The notes beneath the pieces were generated by a model, which did not search any database, was not told where the DNA came from, and saw nothing but the letters and a program-made list of their open reading frames with translations. Below are positions 24,765-34,707 of a DNA stretch of 64,000 nt, piece after piece (position 1 is the stretch's first letter; each line of letters opens with the position of its first letter). The stretch spans positions 4,006 to 68,005 of the forward strand of contig CAZDZO010000001.1 of assembly GCA_964509975.1 (NCBI GenBank). The letters run 5' to 3'. Source of the DNA: an uncultured Candidatus Peribacteria bacterium. Lineage in GTDB: Bacteria > Patescibacteriota > Gracilibacteria > UBA4473. Position numbers and translations under genes: made by a program.

Positions 24765-24793
24765 TGTCATCCCGACCATAGTGGAGGGATCCC
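24765..24793 (+). repeat. TTTGTCATCC-type repeat, solo copy
   Basis: TGTCATCCCGACCATAGTGGAGGGATCCC. Confidence 0.5.
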
Positions 24794-24840
24794 TTAATCT
24801 GCAAATATTTTAATAACTATCTTTCACACAGGATTCAAAA

Positions 24841-24919
24841 TTTTTGTCATTCATTAGTTCAAACTGGAGAATTGGAAGGGATTCCTCTGTTCCGCTATGC
24901 TTCAATCGGAATGACAAAA
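24841..24919. mobile_element. miniature inverted-repeat element with TTTTGTCATTC termini
   Basis: TTTTGTCATTC at 24841-24851 matches the reverse complement of GAATGACAAAA at 24909-24919 at 11/11 nt. Confidence 0.5.
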
Positions 24920-24965
24920 GGTTTTTTCTTTTGAGTGACAAAAACTCATAATACGCAATTTATCA

Positions 24966-25003
24966 TTGATAATTCTCCTTTTTTGTGGTATGATTAGGAG
25001 ATG
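24966..25003 (+). promoter_or_regulatory. promoter-plus-start module TTGATA-17nt-TGTGGTATGAT-TAGGAG-ATG (probably leaderless)
   Basis: Same architecture as 12522-12559. The ATG of the PilB-like gene lies 6 nt after the -10 hexamer. Confidence 0.55.
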
Positions 25004-26629
25004 GGATCACCTCAATCTGGATTTCTAGAAAATATCGACCGCGAGTTCGAAGAACGCGAGGTTGAAAAAAAATCGCGTGAACTTGGACTTGGATATGTTG
25101 ATTTTACGAAATTCACAGCCAATCCTGATGTTTTGAAACTTGTTTCTTTTGAAGAAGCGAAAGGCACAAACACCTTTCCACTTTTAAAAAAGGGAAAAGT
25201 ACTTCGTATTGCCGTTACTCATCCTGACGAAGAAAAAACGAAATCTTTCTTAAAATCTCTTGTTCAAAAAGGGTTTACTCCTGATACCTATCTTTGTTCT
25301 ATTAGCGGACTCACCGAAGCACTCAAATCGTACGATTCTGATTTTTTGCAAAAGAAAGAAGTGGAGAGAAAAACTAATTTCGAAGAAAAAACCGAAGCTA
25401 ATCTCAAAGAAAAAATCAAAGACTTGTCGGATCTCGAACAAAAACTCGACACGTTACATGCTGAAACAGCACTCAGTGAAATTGAAGTATCAGCCATTAA
25501 TACTGGTGCTTCCGATATCCATTTTCAGCCTAGTAAAAAGAATGTCGAGCTCCGATTTAGAATCGATGGAGTATTGCACGACGTGCTTTCGATGTCAGCA
25601 GAGACGGCTAAAAAAATCGTAACTCGCATCAAGTACGAGGCAAAAATGAAGTCTAATATTTCGAATATTCCTCAGGATGGACATCGAAGTTTCGAAGTAA
25701 ATGGACGTTCTGTTGATTTGAGAATTTCGACACTGCCTACACCTTTCGGTGAATCTGTGGTGATGCGTATTTTGGATGCCAGTCGGGGAATCAAAAGCTT
25801 TACCGAACTTGGGTTCTCGGTACACGCAAAAGATAAAATTGAAAAAGCACTTGAAGAAAAAACTGGATTAATTTTAGTTACTGGACCAACAGGAAGTGGA
25901 AAAACAACTACACTCTATTCCATGTTGGCACAGTTAAATTTACCAGACAGAAAGATTGTAACTCTAGAGGATCCTATTGAATATCACCTTGAAGGTATCT
26001 CCCAATCTCAAGTAGACGAGGAACGGGAGTATAATTTTGAAAATGGATTTGCCGCTCTTTTACGACATGATCCAGATGTCATTCTCGTAGGAGAAATCCG
26101 AAGTCATGATACAGCCCACTTGGCATCTGAAGCCTCTCTCACTGGACATATTGTACTGAGTTCTCTTCATACCAATTCTGCTGTTGGGTCCATCTCAAGA
26201 CTTCGAAATTTGGGAATGGAAAACTTTAATATTGCACCAACTATTGATGCCGTCTTCGCACAACGACTGATACGAAAAATCTGTCCACATTGTGCTTCAA
26301 AAATTACACTTCCTGAAAATCCAAAAGTAAAAACGGCACTCGAAAATATCAAAAAGGCTTTTCCGGAAACTCAAATTCCAACGGAAATTCCAAAAGCGGT
26401 CGGTTGTGAAAAGTGTTCACAAACAGGTTATAAAAACCGAATCGCTATTTGCGAAGCATTTCTCATGACCGATGAAATACGAAAAATGATTTTAGAAGAA
26501 AAGTCAGAAATTGACATTCTCGATACGTTACGAAAAAAAGATCAGTTTGTTTCGCTCTTTGAAGACGGACTTTTGAAAGTCTTGAACGGAGACACGACCC
26601 TCGAAGAACTTTTCCGAGTAACCAGCTAA
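25001..26629 (+). CDS. pilB: type IV pilus assembly / type II secretion ATPase (PilB/GspE family)
   Basis: Walker A 'VTGPTGSGKTTTLYS', plus 'TLEDPIEY' and 'LRHDPDVILVGEIR'. C-terminal tetracysteine 'CPHC..CEKC'. Confidence 0.8.
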   Translation: MGSPQSGFLENIDREFEEREVEKKSRELGLGYVDFTKFTANPDVLKLVSFEEAKGTNTFPLLKKGKVLRIAVTHPDEEKTKSFLKSLVQKGFTPDTYLCSISGLTEALKSYDSDFLQKKEVERKTNFEEKTEANLKEKIKDLSDLEQKLDTLHAETALSEIEVSAINTGASDIHFQPSKKNVELRFRIDGVLHDVLSMSAETAKKIVTRIKYEAKMKSNISNIPQDGHRSFEVNGRSVDLRISTLPTPFGESVVMRILDASRGIKSFTELGFSVHAKDKIEKALEEKTGLILVTGPTGSGKTTTLYSMLAQLNLPDRKIVTLEDPIEYHLEGISQSQVDEEREYNFENGFAALLRHDPDVILVGEIRSHDTAHLASEASLTGHIVLSSLHTNSAVGSISRLRNLGMENFNIAPTIDAVFAQRLIRKICPHCASKITLPENPKVKTALENIKKAFPETQIPTEIPKAVGCEKCSQTGYKNRIAICEAFLMTDEIRKMILEEKSEIDILDTLRKKDQFVSLFEDGLLKVLNGDTTLEELFRVTS

Positions 26630-26731
26630 TGAAATTTTCGATTTCAGATTTCCGATTTAAAGTCTTTTGGTTTTTTAATTCTCCGACTTTTTGACTTTTC
26701 AACTTGTTTAAAAAGATGATAATACTTCCCG

Positions 26732-27610
26732 ATGGAAGGATTACTTGTGGTAGCACTCTTTTGGGAACAGATCATAGAAGCACAATCGTCGCCTCATGTT
26801 CGACCGGCGCCAACCGCTGTTATATCTCAAGAAATTGTAGAAAAAAATCCAAACTACTTTTCTGAACCAAAGACGAAAAATGAAAAAAATAGAGATTTTT
26901 TTATGAGTTTGTCTTTCAAAAAAAATTCTGCTCCGTCTCAAAAACCCGAAGCAACACTCATATTTGCACCTCATCCAGACGATGAAATTTTGTGTTGTTC
27001 AAATTTAATTTCAGAAAAAATTAAAAACAAGGAGAATGTAAAAATAATTTTTACAACCAATGGCGATGGACTTGAGAATAGTAATTATGAAAAAGCACGT
27101 GAATATGGACGATTGAGAAAAGATGAATCTAAAAAAGCTTCTTTTTATTTAGGACTTGAAAAATCAGATCTCTTTTTTCTAAATTTCCCTGACGGGCAAC
27201 TCCATCAACTTGATATAGTTGAACAAGTACGAAGCAAATTTACCGATCAAAATAAAAGTCTCGGTGGACAGGCTTTTCCTTATTCTCCGTACACGAGACA
27301 ACGTTTGAAACAAAATTTCGGAGAACTTCTCAAGCGCTGGAACGCAACAGAGGTCTACATTCCTTCTCTACAGGATAATCATGCTGACCACCGTGTAACC
27401 GCACAACTCGTTCGAGAGGTGCTCAATGAACGAGAACTCGCTCCACAAATTCACACGTATCGTGTTCATGGAATGGCACTCAAACCAAATGGGCACACTG
27501 TAAACGAACAAAAACTTAAACTTATTCGCCTCTTTAAATCTCAATTTTGGACACCTGCACATACGCAATTCATGGAACAGTTTGCGAAGATGGAGGAAAT
27601 TTTTGAATAG
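26732..27610 (+). CDS. PIG-L/LmbE family deacetylase
   Basis: 'LIFAPHPDDEILCCS' and 'HADHRVT'. An alternative start at ATG 26903 would give a more typical short N-terminus. Confidence 0.7.
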   Translation: MEGLLVVALFWEQIIEAQSSPHVRPAPTAVISQEIVEKNPNYFSEPKTKNEKNRDFFMSLSFKKNSAPSQKPEATLIFAPHPDDEILCCSNLISEKIKNKENVKIIFTTNGDGLENSNYEKAREYGRLRKDESKKASFYLGLEKSDLFFLNFPDGQLHQLDIVEQVRSKFTDQNKSLGGQAFPYSPYTRQRLKQNFGELLKRWNATEVYIPSLQDNHADHRVTAQLVREVLNERELAPQIHTYRVHGMALKPNGHTVNEQKLKLIRLFKSQFWTPAHTQFMEQFAKMEEIFE

Positions 27611-27664
27611 CGTAAAGACAGGAATAAATTATTCCTGCCTTTAGATTTCTGTTTTGTGGAAAAT

Positions 27665-27985
27665 TTAATTTTCCTTTTTTAAACTTTTCACTAGAGACGT
27701 TACTATCTCCTTGGCCTCTGGTTCTGTTAATGGAAAAGCACTTCCATTTTTTAATACTGCAACAGCACTTGTGTCTTCGATATTATCAAAATCATCGATA
27801 AACTCCTTGTGGACTATAACTTGCTGAAAATCCCCGTCAAAAACTCTTCTAAATCCTAAAAGTTTTTCTAAGTGAATCTCAAGTTTCCACTCTCTTGTTG
27901 CTAAATTCTTGCTAACATCTCCGGCTCCCTGTGGAATCGGAAGTTCTTCCAAAAGCTCAAAAAGCTTTTTAATCACATCTGTCAT
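27665..27985 (-). CDS. hypothetical protein
   Basis: 106-aa ORF with an ATG start. No motif recognised. Confidence 0.4.
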   Translation of the reverse strand: MTDVIKKLFELLEELPIPQGAGDVSKNLATREWKLEIHLEKLLGFRRVFDGDFQQVIVHKEFIDDFDNIEDTSAVAVLKNGSAFPLTEPEAKEIVTSLVKSLKKEN

Positions 27986-28232
27986 AGGTACTCTATTTTA
28001 GTTTGAAAAATAAAAAAAGAATCCACTTTGAATCCTCATACTTCCCTCCGAAAAAAGAGAAATAGGAGAACCCAAAGCATTAATTTTTTCCGACAAATCA
28101 AACAACCAAGAATTGTATCGTTCCTATGAGAAGAAGATAAAATTCATGAATCCACTCTACTCGGGAAATGACTTTTGTCAATGGTGGGGTACTTCAAAGA
28201 GAGCATTGCGACGCAATACTCTCTCTGTTCTT

Positions 28233-28976
28233 TTAAGCAGGAACGGAAACTTTCTTCTGTTTTTTGAATAATTGTTTTTCAAGTGACACAATCATCTCCT
28301 CTCTCAATTCATCATTTGCTGCGTGGGCATCATCACCAACAAGTTGCGTATTTTTGTCACTATAAAAATAAACTGATCCTTTTATTCTTCTACTTTCTTC
28401 GTACCGCAATACCACAATTGTTCTCTCTTTTTCTTTATGAGAGACCTCACAATACCAATTTTCTGAAATCTCCTGATCACTTTCTTTGCAAAGTTTAAAC
28501 ACCTCTGCTTGTATTTTTATGAGTCGCAATTCATCAACTTTGCCAAGTGCAAGTGTAGCATTTTGATGCTTTGGAATTTTTCTCCTTGGCACTTTTACTT
28601 CCTCGACAGATGCAACTCCTTTCCCTTTTTTTCGGTGTTCACTGGATTTTGCTCGATAAGCCTTAATCGCTTTTTGAAGAGCGATTTTTCGTTGGTTTTC
28701 GTCATTCCAGGGTTTTCCATTGAATAAAATAGAAATGTCGGTTTTTCCTCTTTGAACAGATATTTTTATTTCAGGCACCTTTCGATGTTTGTTCCCCGGA
28801 ATAAAAAATTCCACGAAATCACTCTCGTTTGAGGCAGAAATTTTAATATCTCCCTTTAGTTTTTTTACACTTGGAAAATGTTCATGATTGATCATTTCCA
28901 AAAAACTCTGTTCACCTTTCGATGAGGTTGGAGCAGGTGCACAATCGGCATCACCCTCTGAAGTTTTTTTCGTCAT
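28233..28976 (-). CDS. hypothetical protein, lysine-rich
   Basis: 247-aa ORF with an ATG start. No motif recognised. Confidence 0.4.
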   Translation of the reverse strand: MTKKTSEGDADCAPAPTSSKGEQSFLEMINHEHFPSVKKLKGDIKISASNESDFVEFFIPGNKHRKVPEIKISVQRGKTDISILFNGKPWNDENQRKIALQKAIKAYRAKSSEHRKKGKGVASVEEVKVPRRKIPKHQNATLALGKVDELRLIKIQAEVFKLCKESDQEISENWYCEVSHKEKERTIVVLRYEESRRIKGSVYFYSDKNTQLVGDDAHAANDELREEMIVSLEKQLFKKQKKVSVPA

Positions 28977-29224
28977 ACTTCTTTCAATTTTTAATTAAAA
29001 AATAATTAATGATTTATCTTTGTCTTTCGTCCGGACCGCGGACTTATATTTCGATAAAATGGAAACACAAGTTACGATCCAGACCATTCCCGTTGCCGTA
29101 AAAGAACTGAGAATTCTCGTTTTCCTTTGGAAAAGAATAAATTCTACTGATGCCCAAGTTACACTTTTTCATAGAAAAGTCAATACAGGGAAAAGGTACT
29201 ACATTACATAGCAACTACCAATGG

Positions 29225-29236
29225 GGATACGTATCC
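29225..29236. repeat. GGATACGTATCC palindrome immediately downstream of the lepA stop
   Basis: GGGATACGTATCCC lies 3 nt past the lepA stop codon. Confidence 0.6.
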
Positions 29237-29239
29237 CTA

Positions 29240-31048
29240 TTATTTTTTCATCATAGCAAAAAATGCATCTTGGGGGATTGTCACCTTCCCAAACTGTTTC
29301 AGTCGCTTTTTTCCTTTCTTTTGTTTCTTAAGAAGTTTATTTTTTCGAGTCACATCACCTCCGTACAACTTCGCCGTCACATCTTTTCGCATGGCAGAAA
29401 TTGTCGTTCTCGCCAGAATCCGCGCTCCAATAGTCGCCTGAATCGCAATTGCAAACTGTGCTTTTGGAATAATTTCCTTGAGTCGCTGACACCATTCTAA
29501 ACCAATGTTGTACGCTCCATCTTTATGCACGATCTGACTCAGTGCGTCTACTCGGTCTCCCGCAACTAATATATCAAGTCTCACTAGATCTTCCGTACGA
29601 AGCTCAATTGGCTCGTATGACATGGAGGCATATCCAGACGTGAGTGATTTCAGGTCATCATAAAAGTCCGTGATAATTGAAGCGAGTGGAATTTCAAAAA
29701 AGAGTTCTACTCTCGTTGGGTCTGTGTACTGAAGGTTTTTGTGTATCCCCCGACGCTGTGCGCAAAGTTCCATGATCGCACCAACGAAGTCTGAAGGGGT
29801 AAGAATCACAATCTTCATCCACGGCTCTTGTATCTCTAAATAATGTCCAGCCTCAGGCAATTCTCCAGGGTTTGAAATTGTTTTTTTCGTTTTGTCGTTC
29901 AGCACAACATCATAAGAAACCGACGGCGCCGTTACCAAAAGATCAAGGTCAAATTCTCGTTCGAGTCGCTCCTGAACAATGTCGAGATGAAGTAAACCCA
30001 AAAATCCCACTCGAAATCCATGTCCCAAAGCGCCAGAATGTTCTGGAGTAAATTGCAATGACGCATCATTGAGAGCGAGTTTTTCCAATGCTTTCCGAAG
30101 GAGTGAAAAATCATCTCCACTCGTTGGGTAAATACCGGCAAATACAAAAGGCGTCACTTCTTTATATCCGGGAAGTGGCATAATTTTATCGCCTTCTTTT
30201 TCTTTCCCTTGCCAGAGCGTTTCTCCTACTTTTGCGTCAACAACGTTCTTCAGCCCCGTGACAACATATCCCACTTCGCCTTCTTTGAGAGACTGGGTTG
30301 GGGAATATTGCGGATTTAGAAATCCTACTTCGATTGCTTCGATTTGGCGTCCTGTTTTTAGCAACCGAAGCTTGTCTCCTTTTTTAATTTCCCCTTGAAA
30401 CACGCGCACACTCGATACCACTCCTCGATAGGAATCAAAAGTGGAATCAAAAATGAGCGCTTTTGTTTCTCCTTCTGTGAAAACATTGTCCGCATTCTCA
30501 AAGACTTCGTTTTTGTCCGGGAGTGGAACACGCTCAATAATTCTGTCAAGCAAGGCAGGTACTCCTGTCCCTTCTTTTCCTGACACTTGCAGGATATCTT
30601 CTGCGGTAAATCCCAGAAGCTTTTCTATTTCCATGGCACGACGTTCTGGTTCTGCAGCAGGAAGATCAATTTTATTAAGTACCGGAATAATGGTAAGTCC
30701 GTGTTCGAGTGCAAGAAATACATTTGCCAATGTTTGTGCTTCAATTCCCTGTGTGGCATCTACCACAAGAATCGCTCCCTCACACGCTGCCAAAGAGCGT
30801 GAAACTTCATAAGAAAAATCCACATGCCCCGGAGTATCAATCAAATTAAGTTGTGTACCCTTCCAACCCATTCGAACAGGTTGGAGCTTGATTGTAATTC
30901 CTCGTTCTCGCTCCAAATCCATCGTATCAAGCAACTGTTCTTTCATCTCTCTTTTGTCGATGGTTCCAGTTGTTTCCAAAAATCTGTCGGCAAGTGTTGA
31001 TTTCCCGTGATCGATATGCGCAATGATGCAAAAATTTCGTATATCCAT
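29240..31048 (-). CDS. lepA: translation elongation factor 4 (LepA)
   Basis: ATG at 31048 gives 'MDIRNFCIIAHIDHGKSTLADR'. 'DTPGHVDF' and 'NKID' are present, along with the LepA C-terminal domain. Confidence 0.93.
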   Translation of the reverse strand: MDIRNFCIIAHIDHGKSTLADRFLETTGTIDKREMKEQLLDTMDLERERGITIKLQPVRMGWKGTQLNLIDTPGHVDFSYEVSRSLAACEGAILVVDATQGIEAQTLANVFLALEHGLTIIPVLNKIDLPAAEPERRAMEIEKLLGFTAEDILQVSGKEGTGVPALLDRIIERVPLPDKNEVFENADNVFTEGETKALIFDSTFDSYRGVVSSVRVFQGEIKKGDKLRLLKTGRQIEAIEVGFLNPQYSPTQSLKEGEVGYVVTGLKNVVDAKVGETLWQGKEKEGDKIMPLPGYKEVTPFVFAGIYPTSGDDFSLLRKALEKLALNDASLQFTPEHSGALGHGFRVGFLGLLHLDIVQERLEREFDLDLLVTAPSVSYDVVLNDKTKKTISNPGELPEAGHYLEIQEPWMKIVILTPSDFVGAIMELCAQRRGIHKNLQYTDPTRVELFFEIPLASIITDFYDDLKSLTSGYASMSYEPIELRTEDLVRLDILVAGDRVDALSQIVHKDGAYNIGLEWCQRLKEIIPKAQFAIAIQATIGARILARTTISAMRKDVTAKLYGGDVTRKNKLLKKQKKGKKRLKQFGKVTIPQDAFFAMMKK

Positions 31049-31115
31049 TCGGGCGCGATAGTACCCAAAAACCGCTGACTTGCAACTTCTGCCCCCTCCT
31101 TCTACAATAAATCTG

Positions 31116-31637
31116 ATGCAAAAAAAGAACGGATTCTCCCTTCTTGAACTCCTCATTGTAACGGGGATTGTTGCCTTACTCGCTGCTATCTCTGTACCAA
31201 ACTACATGAGAATGCGAAGTTTTTCATCTTTCAATGACGAAGTAAATCTCATCTTTGATCAATTTTTGGAAGTGCGCACAAATGCACTCACTGGAAAAAT
31301 GTGTAACAACAGTCCTAGTTTAAAATGGATTTTCACATTAGATCAAAATTCTTCTCAAATCTTGTGTCAAAACAGTGCTGAAGAGATTGCTACAGCAGAT
31401 TATGATGTCATTTGGCGCAATACACAACAAATAGAGCTCGATGATGGGGTTGCTTATTATGCACGTGTAGAATTCCTCCCTGACACGACTCAAGCCACTA
31501 TACCTGTCGAATCTGTTCAATACACTGATTTAAAAATTTTATTAGAACATTCTTCCGGTCGTCAGCGAACTATTTGTTTTAATCGCATCGCAGGAATTCC
31601 TGAAATTTCTTCTGGAAACATTGATTGCACCCCCTAG
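31116..31637 (+). CDS. type IV pilin-like protein (prepilin N-terminal motif)
   Basis: 'MQKKNGFSLLELLIVTGIVALLAAI', a class III signal peptide. Confidence 0.75.
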   Translation: MQKKNGFSLLELLIVTGIVALLAAISVPNYMRMRSFSSFNDEVNLIFDQFLEVRTNALTGKMCNNSPSLKWIFTLDQNSSQILCQNSAEEIATADYDVIWRNTQQIELDDGVAYYARVEFLPDTTQATIPVESVQYTDLKILLEHSSGRQRTICFNRIAGIPEISSGNIDCTP

Positions 31638-31639
31638 AA

Positions 31640-32296
31640 ATGAATTTTTTAAAAAAACAACCTGGTGAAAGTATTGTCGAAGTACTCGTTGCGGCAACGC
31701 TTTTGGTAGTTGTTTTAAGTACTGCTTTTATTTCTCTCAATAGAGCTGCTCAAACTAGTATAAACGTTGAAAATCGAATTGCAGCCATTAATCTTGCTCG
31801 TGAAGGAATGGAAGCCGTTCGTAATATTCGAGATACAAATTGGTTAAAATACTCTGGAAACAAACGCGAAAAATGGCTTTGCCTTGATAGTGTTGCCAGT
31901 CCTAATGAATGTACCCCTTCTTCTTATCTCACAATTTCTAATGGATACTATCTAGTAAATTTTTCCGAAACAGCGAATCGCTATTACCTTTCGGAAGTGG
32001 CAGGAGCTGATGAACTCGATATTCCGAACGATTCTGCTGACCGAGAATCTTTTCGTCTTTATTTCGATAGTAGTAACCGATTCACTCATGACGATGACTT
32101 TGGCGCAAATCCAGCAACAGCTTTTTACCGACAAATAGAGATTGTTGTTATTTCTGATGATGTCTGTGGAACTGATGGATGTATTGAAGAAAAAATGGTA
32201 GTCACAAGTCGCGTCGGATGGATTGAGGGCGACTCGACGAAAAACGTAGTTCTTGAGACTCATCTTTTTGATTTTTACCAACGTGATGAATACTAA
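31640..32296 (+). CDS. minor pilin / pseudopilin-like protein
   Basis: 'MNFLKKQPGESIVEVLVAATLLVVV'. Confidence 0.6.
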   Translation: MNFLKKQPGESIVEVLVAATLLVVVLSTAFISLNRAAQTSINVENRIAAINLAREGMEAVRNIRDTNWLKYSGNKREKWLCLDSVASPNECTPSSYLTISNGYYLVNFSETANRYYLSEVAGADELDIPNDSADRESFRLYFDSSNRFTHDDDFGANPATAFYRQIEIVVISDDVCGTDGCIEEKMVVTSRVGWIEGDSTKNVVLETHLFDFYQRDEY

Positions 32297-33224
32297 AAAA
32301 TCTGGTTATTCGCTTCTTGAAATACTCATTGCCATAACCTTGGCAGCCATTGTTATTACGGCTGCCGTGAGAAGTGTTGGTAGTGTTTATTTTTCTCAGA
32401 AAAAAATTCATGTCACGCAAAGTTTTTCCACAGAAACACAATTTCTCATGGAACGATTGGTACAACTTGTTCGCACGAATACCATTGATTATGACCGATT
32501 TTTCGTAGAAGTGGGACCTAATGGAACTGATTGTGCCACTTTTGATGATAAACAAACCCCTGAAAGTGAGGGGGCTTTGGATAATACGGATGAGAATCGT
32601 GCTGATCTTGGATATGGAAACATTTTCTTTTGGGATACAAACAATGACGACATTCTTGATCGAAACCTCGGAGGACTAATGCTCGATGGGAACACTGATT
32701 TTTGTACACAAGCTTGGGATAAAGAGGACGAACAATCAACACTCTATCTTATTAACAGTAGTCGAACCTTGCGAATGGCTGTCCATGAAGGAGCAAACTC
32801 TACTATTGAAATCGAACAACAGCTCGGAGCAGACCTTGATGGAGATGGAATTGTTGATATCTGGGATGATCTTGGTGTTTGGGATTCTGGAAACAGTATT
32901 TGCCAAATTCGTGATGGAGGCGTTGGACCGTTTTACGATATTCTTGGAGAGCATTCGCAAGAGTTTTGCCTTCAGGCACACGAATGGACAGTTGTATCTC
33001 CCAATAATATTGCTATTGAAAACCTTTCTTTTTCACCAGCTCCAAATCAAGACCCATTTTTAAGTTTCGCCCTTGATGATGCACAGGTCCATCCCCATGT
33101 GATAGTCTTCCTTGAAACCACACTACGAAATCCAGAGAACTTTGGAATGACTCTCTCCGAAATTCCAAATATTTCACTGCAAACAGCGGCTTCTTCTCGT
33201 GTCTTTGGAAACATTAGAAAGTAA
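32286..33224 (+). CDS. minor pilin-like protein
   Basis: 'MNTKKSGYSLLEILIAITLAAIVI'. Overlaps the preceding gene by 11 nt. Confidence 0.65.
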   Translation: MNTKKSGYSLLEILIAITLAAIVITAAVRSVGSVYFSQKKIHVTQSFSTETQFLMERLVQLVRTNTIDYDRFFVEVGPNGTDCATFDDKQTPESEGALDNTDENRADLGYGNIFFWDTNNDDILDRNLGGLMLDGNTDFCTQAWDKEDEQSTLYLINSSRTLRMAVHEGANSTIEIEQQLGADLDGDGIVDIWDDLGVWDSGNSICQIRDGGVGPFYDILGEHSQEFCLQAHEWTVVSPNNIAIENLSFSPAPNQDPFLSFALDDAQVHPHVIVFLETTLRNPENFGMTLSEIPNISLQTAASSRVFGNIRK

Positions 33225-33283
33225 ACCTCCGCTTCCCTCTTTTGTCAGAATTCTTACAATGGAAACGATTTTATATTTTTTTT

Positions 33284-34702
33284 ATGTCTGAAATTGTTGT
33301 TCGTATGCCACCATCACCCACCGGAGGACTTCATCTCGGGACTGCTCGGACAGCCCTTTTTAATTATTTATTTGCCAAACATCATGGTGGAAAAATTATA
33401 TTTCGATGGGAAGACACCGACAAAGAACGCAGTAAAAAAGAATTCGAAACTGAAATTCTAGAAGGATTGAAATGGTTGGGAATGGATTTCGAAACTCAAT
33501 CAGATCATTTTTTTAGACAGACTGAAAATATTAAAACTCATAAAGAATGGCTCCTAAAATTATGGGAAGCCGAGAAAATATTCCCTTGTTTTGTAACTCC
33601 TGAAGAGATCGCTCACATGCGAACAGAGGCGACCAAACAAAAAACTAATTTTGTCTTTTGGTCTCCTTTTCGAGAGGAATCTAGGGAAATATTGGATGAA
33701 AAAATGAAATCTGGGGAATCTTTCGTATGGAGACTTCGTGTTCCGCGGGATAAAGACGTTCGTTTTAAAGACCTTATTCGTGGGGATATTTCTGTAAATA
33801 CAAATACGCTTGGTGATTTTGTAATCGCTCGTTCTGATAACTCGGTGCTCTATCTTTTGGCAAACGTAGTGGATGATTGGACACAAGGAGTCACTCATGT
33901 CCTCCGAGGAGAGGATCATATTTCTAATACCCCAAAACAAATCCTTCTCTATAAAGCGCTTGGTGCTGACATACCTCAATTTGGACACATTCCTCTCGTG
34001 CTAGATGCACAAAAACGAAAACTCTCTAAGCGAAATGTAGACCCTGATACCTGTGTGCTTATCAAAGACTTTCAAGAAAAAGGATTTTTGCCTGAAGCCG
34101 TGGTTAATGGATTAGTACTCTTGGGTTGGAATCCAAAATCAACAGATGAAGTGTTCTCTTTTGAAAAATTAATAAAAATATTTGCACTCGAAAACGTAAA
34201 TCCTGGAGCAGCACAATACAATTTCGAAAAAATGAAATGGTTCAATACTCACTGGATTCGAACTATTGAGCTTTCAAAATTAAATGAACATTTCAAAGGA
34301 TTTTCAGGACAAGATTGTGAGAAACGAATACTGGAAGTAGCACGCGAAAAGAGTCGCGATTTACATGATATCGTTGCACAACTTGAATATCTCACACAAG
34401 ATCCTGACATTACTCGCGAACTCCTTTTGAGTGAAAAGATGAATATTGATCAAGCCATGGCGCAAAGGGTGCTGAAAGAAATTCAAAATATGTTAGAGAC
34501 ACTGAATGAGAATGAATGGAATCGCGAAAAACTCAGAGAACTTTCTACCGAAAAAATCACCGAACTCTGTTTGAAGAATGGACAATTCCTTTCTCCTTTT
34601 CGAATTGCGTTGTCTAATAGGCCCGTATCCGTAGGACCTTTTGAAATCGCTGAAATACTCGGAAAGAACGAAACACTTCGTCGAATCAAGCGTGCTCAAT
34701 AA
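33284..34702 (+). CDS. gltX: glutamyl-tRNA synthetase
   Basis: 'RMPPSPTGGLHLGTARTALFNY' (HIGH region) and 'KLSKR'. Confidence 0.9.
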   Translation: MSEIVVRMPPSPTGGLHLGTARTALFNYLFAKHHGGKIIFRWEDTDKERSKKEFETEILEGLKWLGMDFETQSDHFFRQTENIKTHKEWLLKLWEAEKIFPCFVTPEEIAHMRTEATKQKTNFVFWSPFREESREILDEKMKSGESFVWRLRVPRDKDVRFKDLIRGDISVNTNTLGDFVIARSDNSVLYLLANVVDDWTQGVTHVLRGEDHISNTPKQILLYKALGADIPQFGHIPLVLDAQKRKLSKRNVDPDTCVLIKDFQEKGFLPEAVVNGLVLLGWNPKSTDEVFSFEKLIKIFALENVNPGAAQYNFEKMKWFNTHWIRTIELSKLNEHFKGFSGQDCEKRILEVAREKSRDLHDIVAQLEYLTQDPDITRELLLSEKMNIDQAMAQRVLKEIQNMLETLNENEWNREKLRELSTEKITELCLKNGQFLSPFRIALSNRPVSVGPFEIAEILGKNETLRRIKRAQ

Positions 34703-34707
34703 TTATT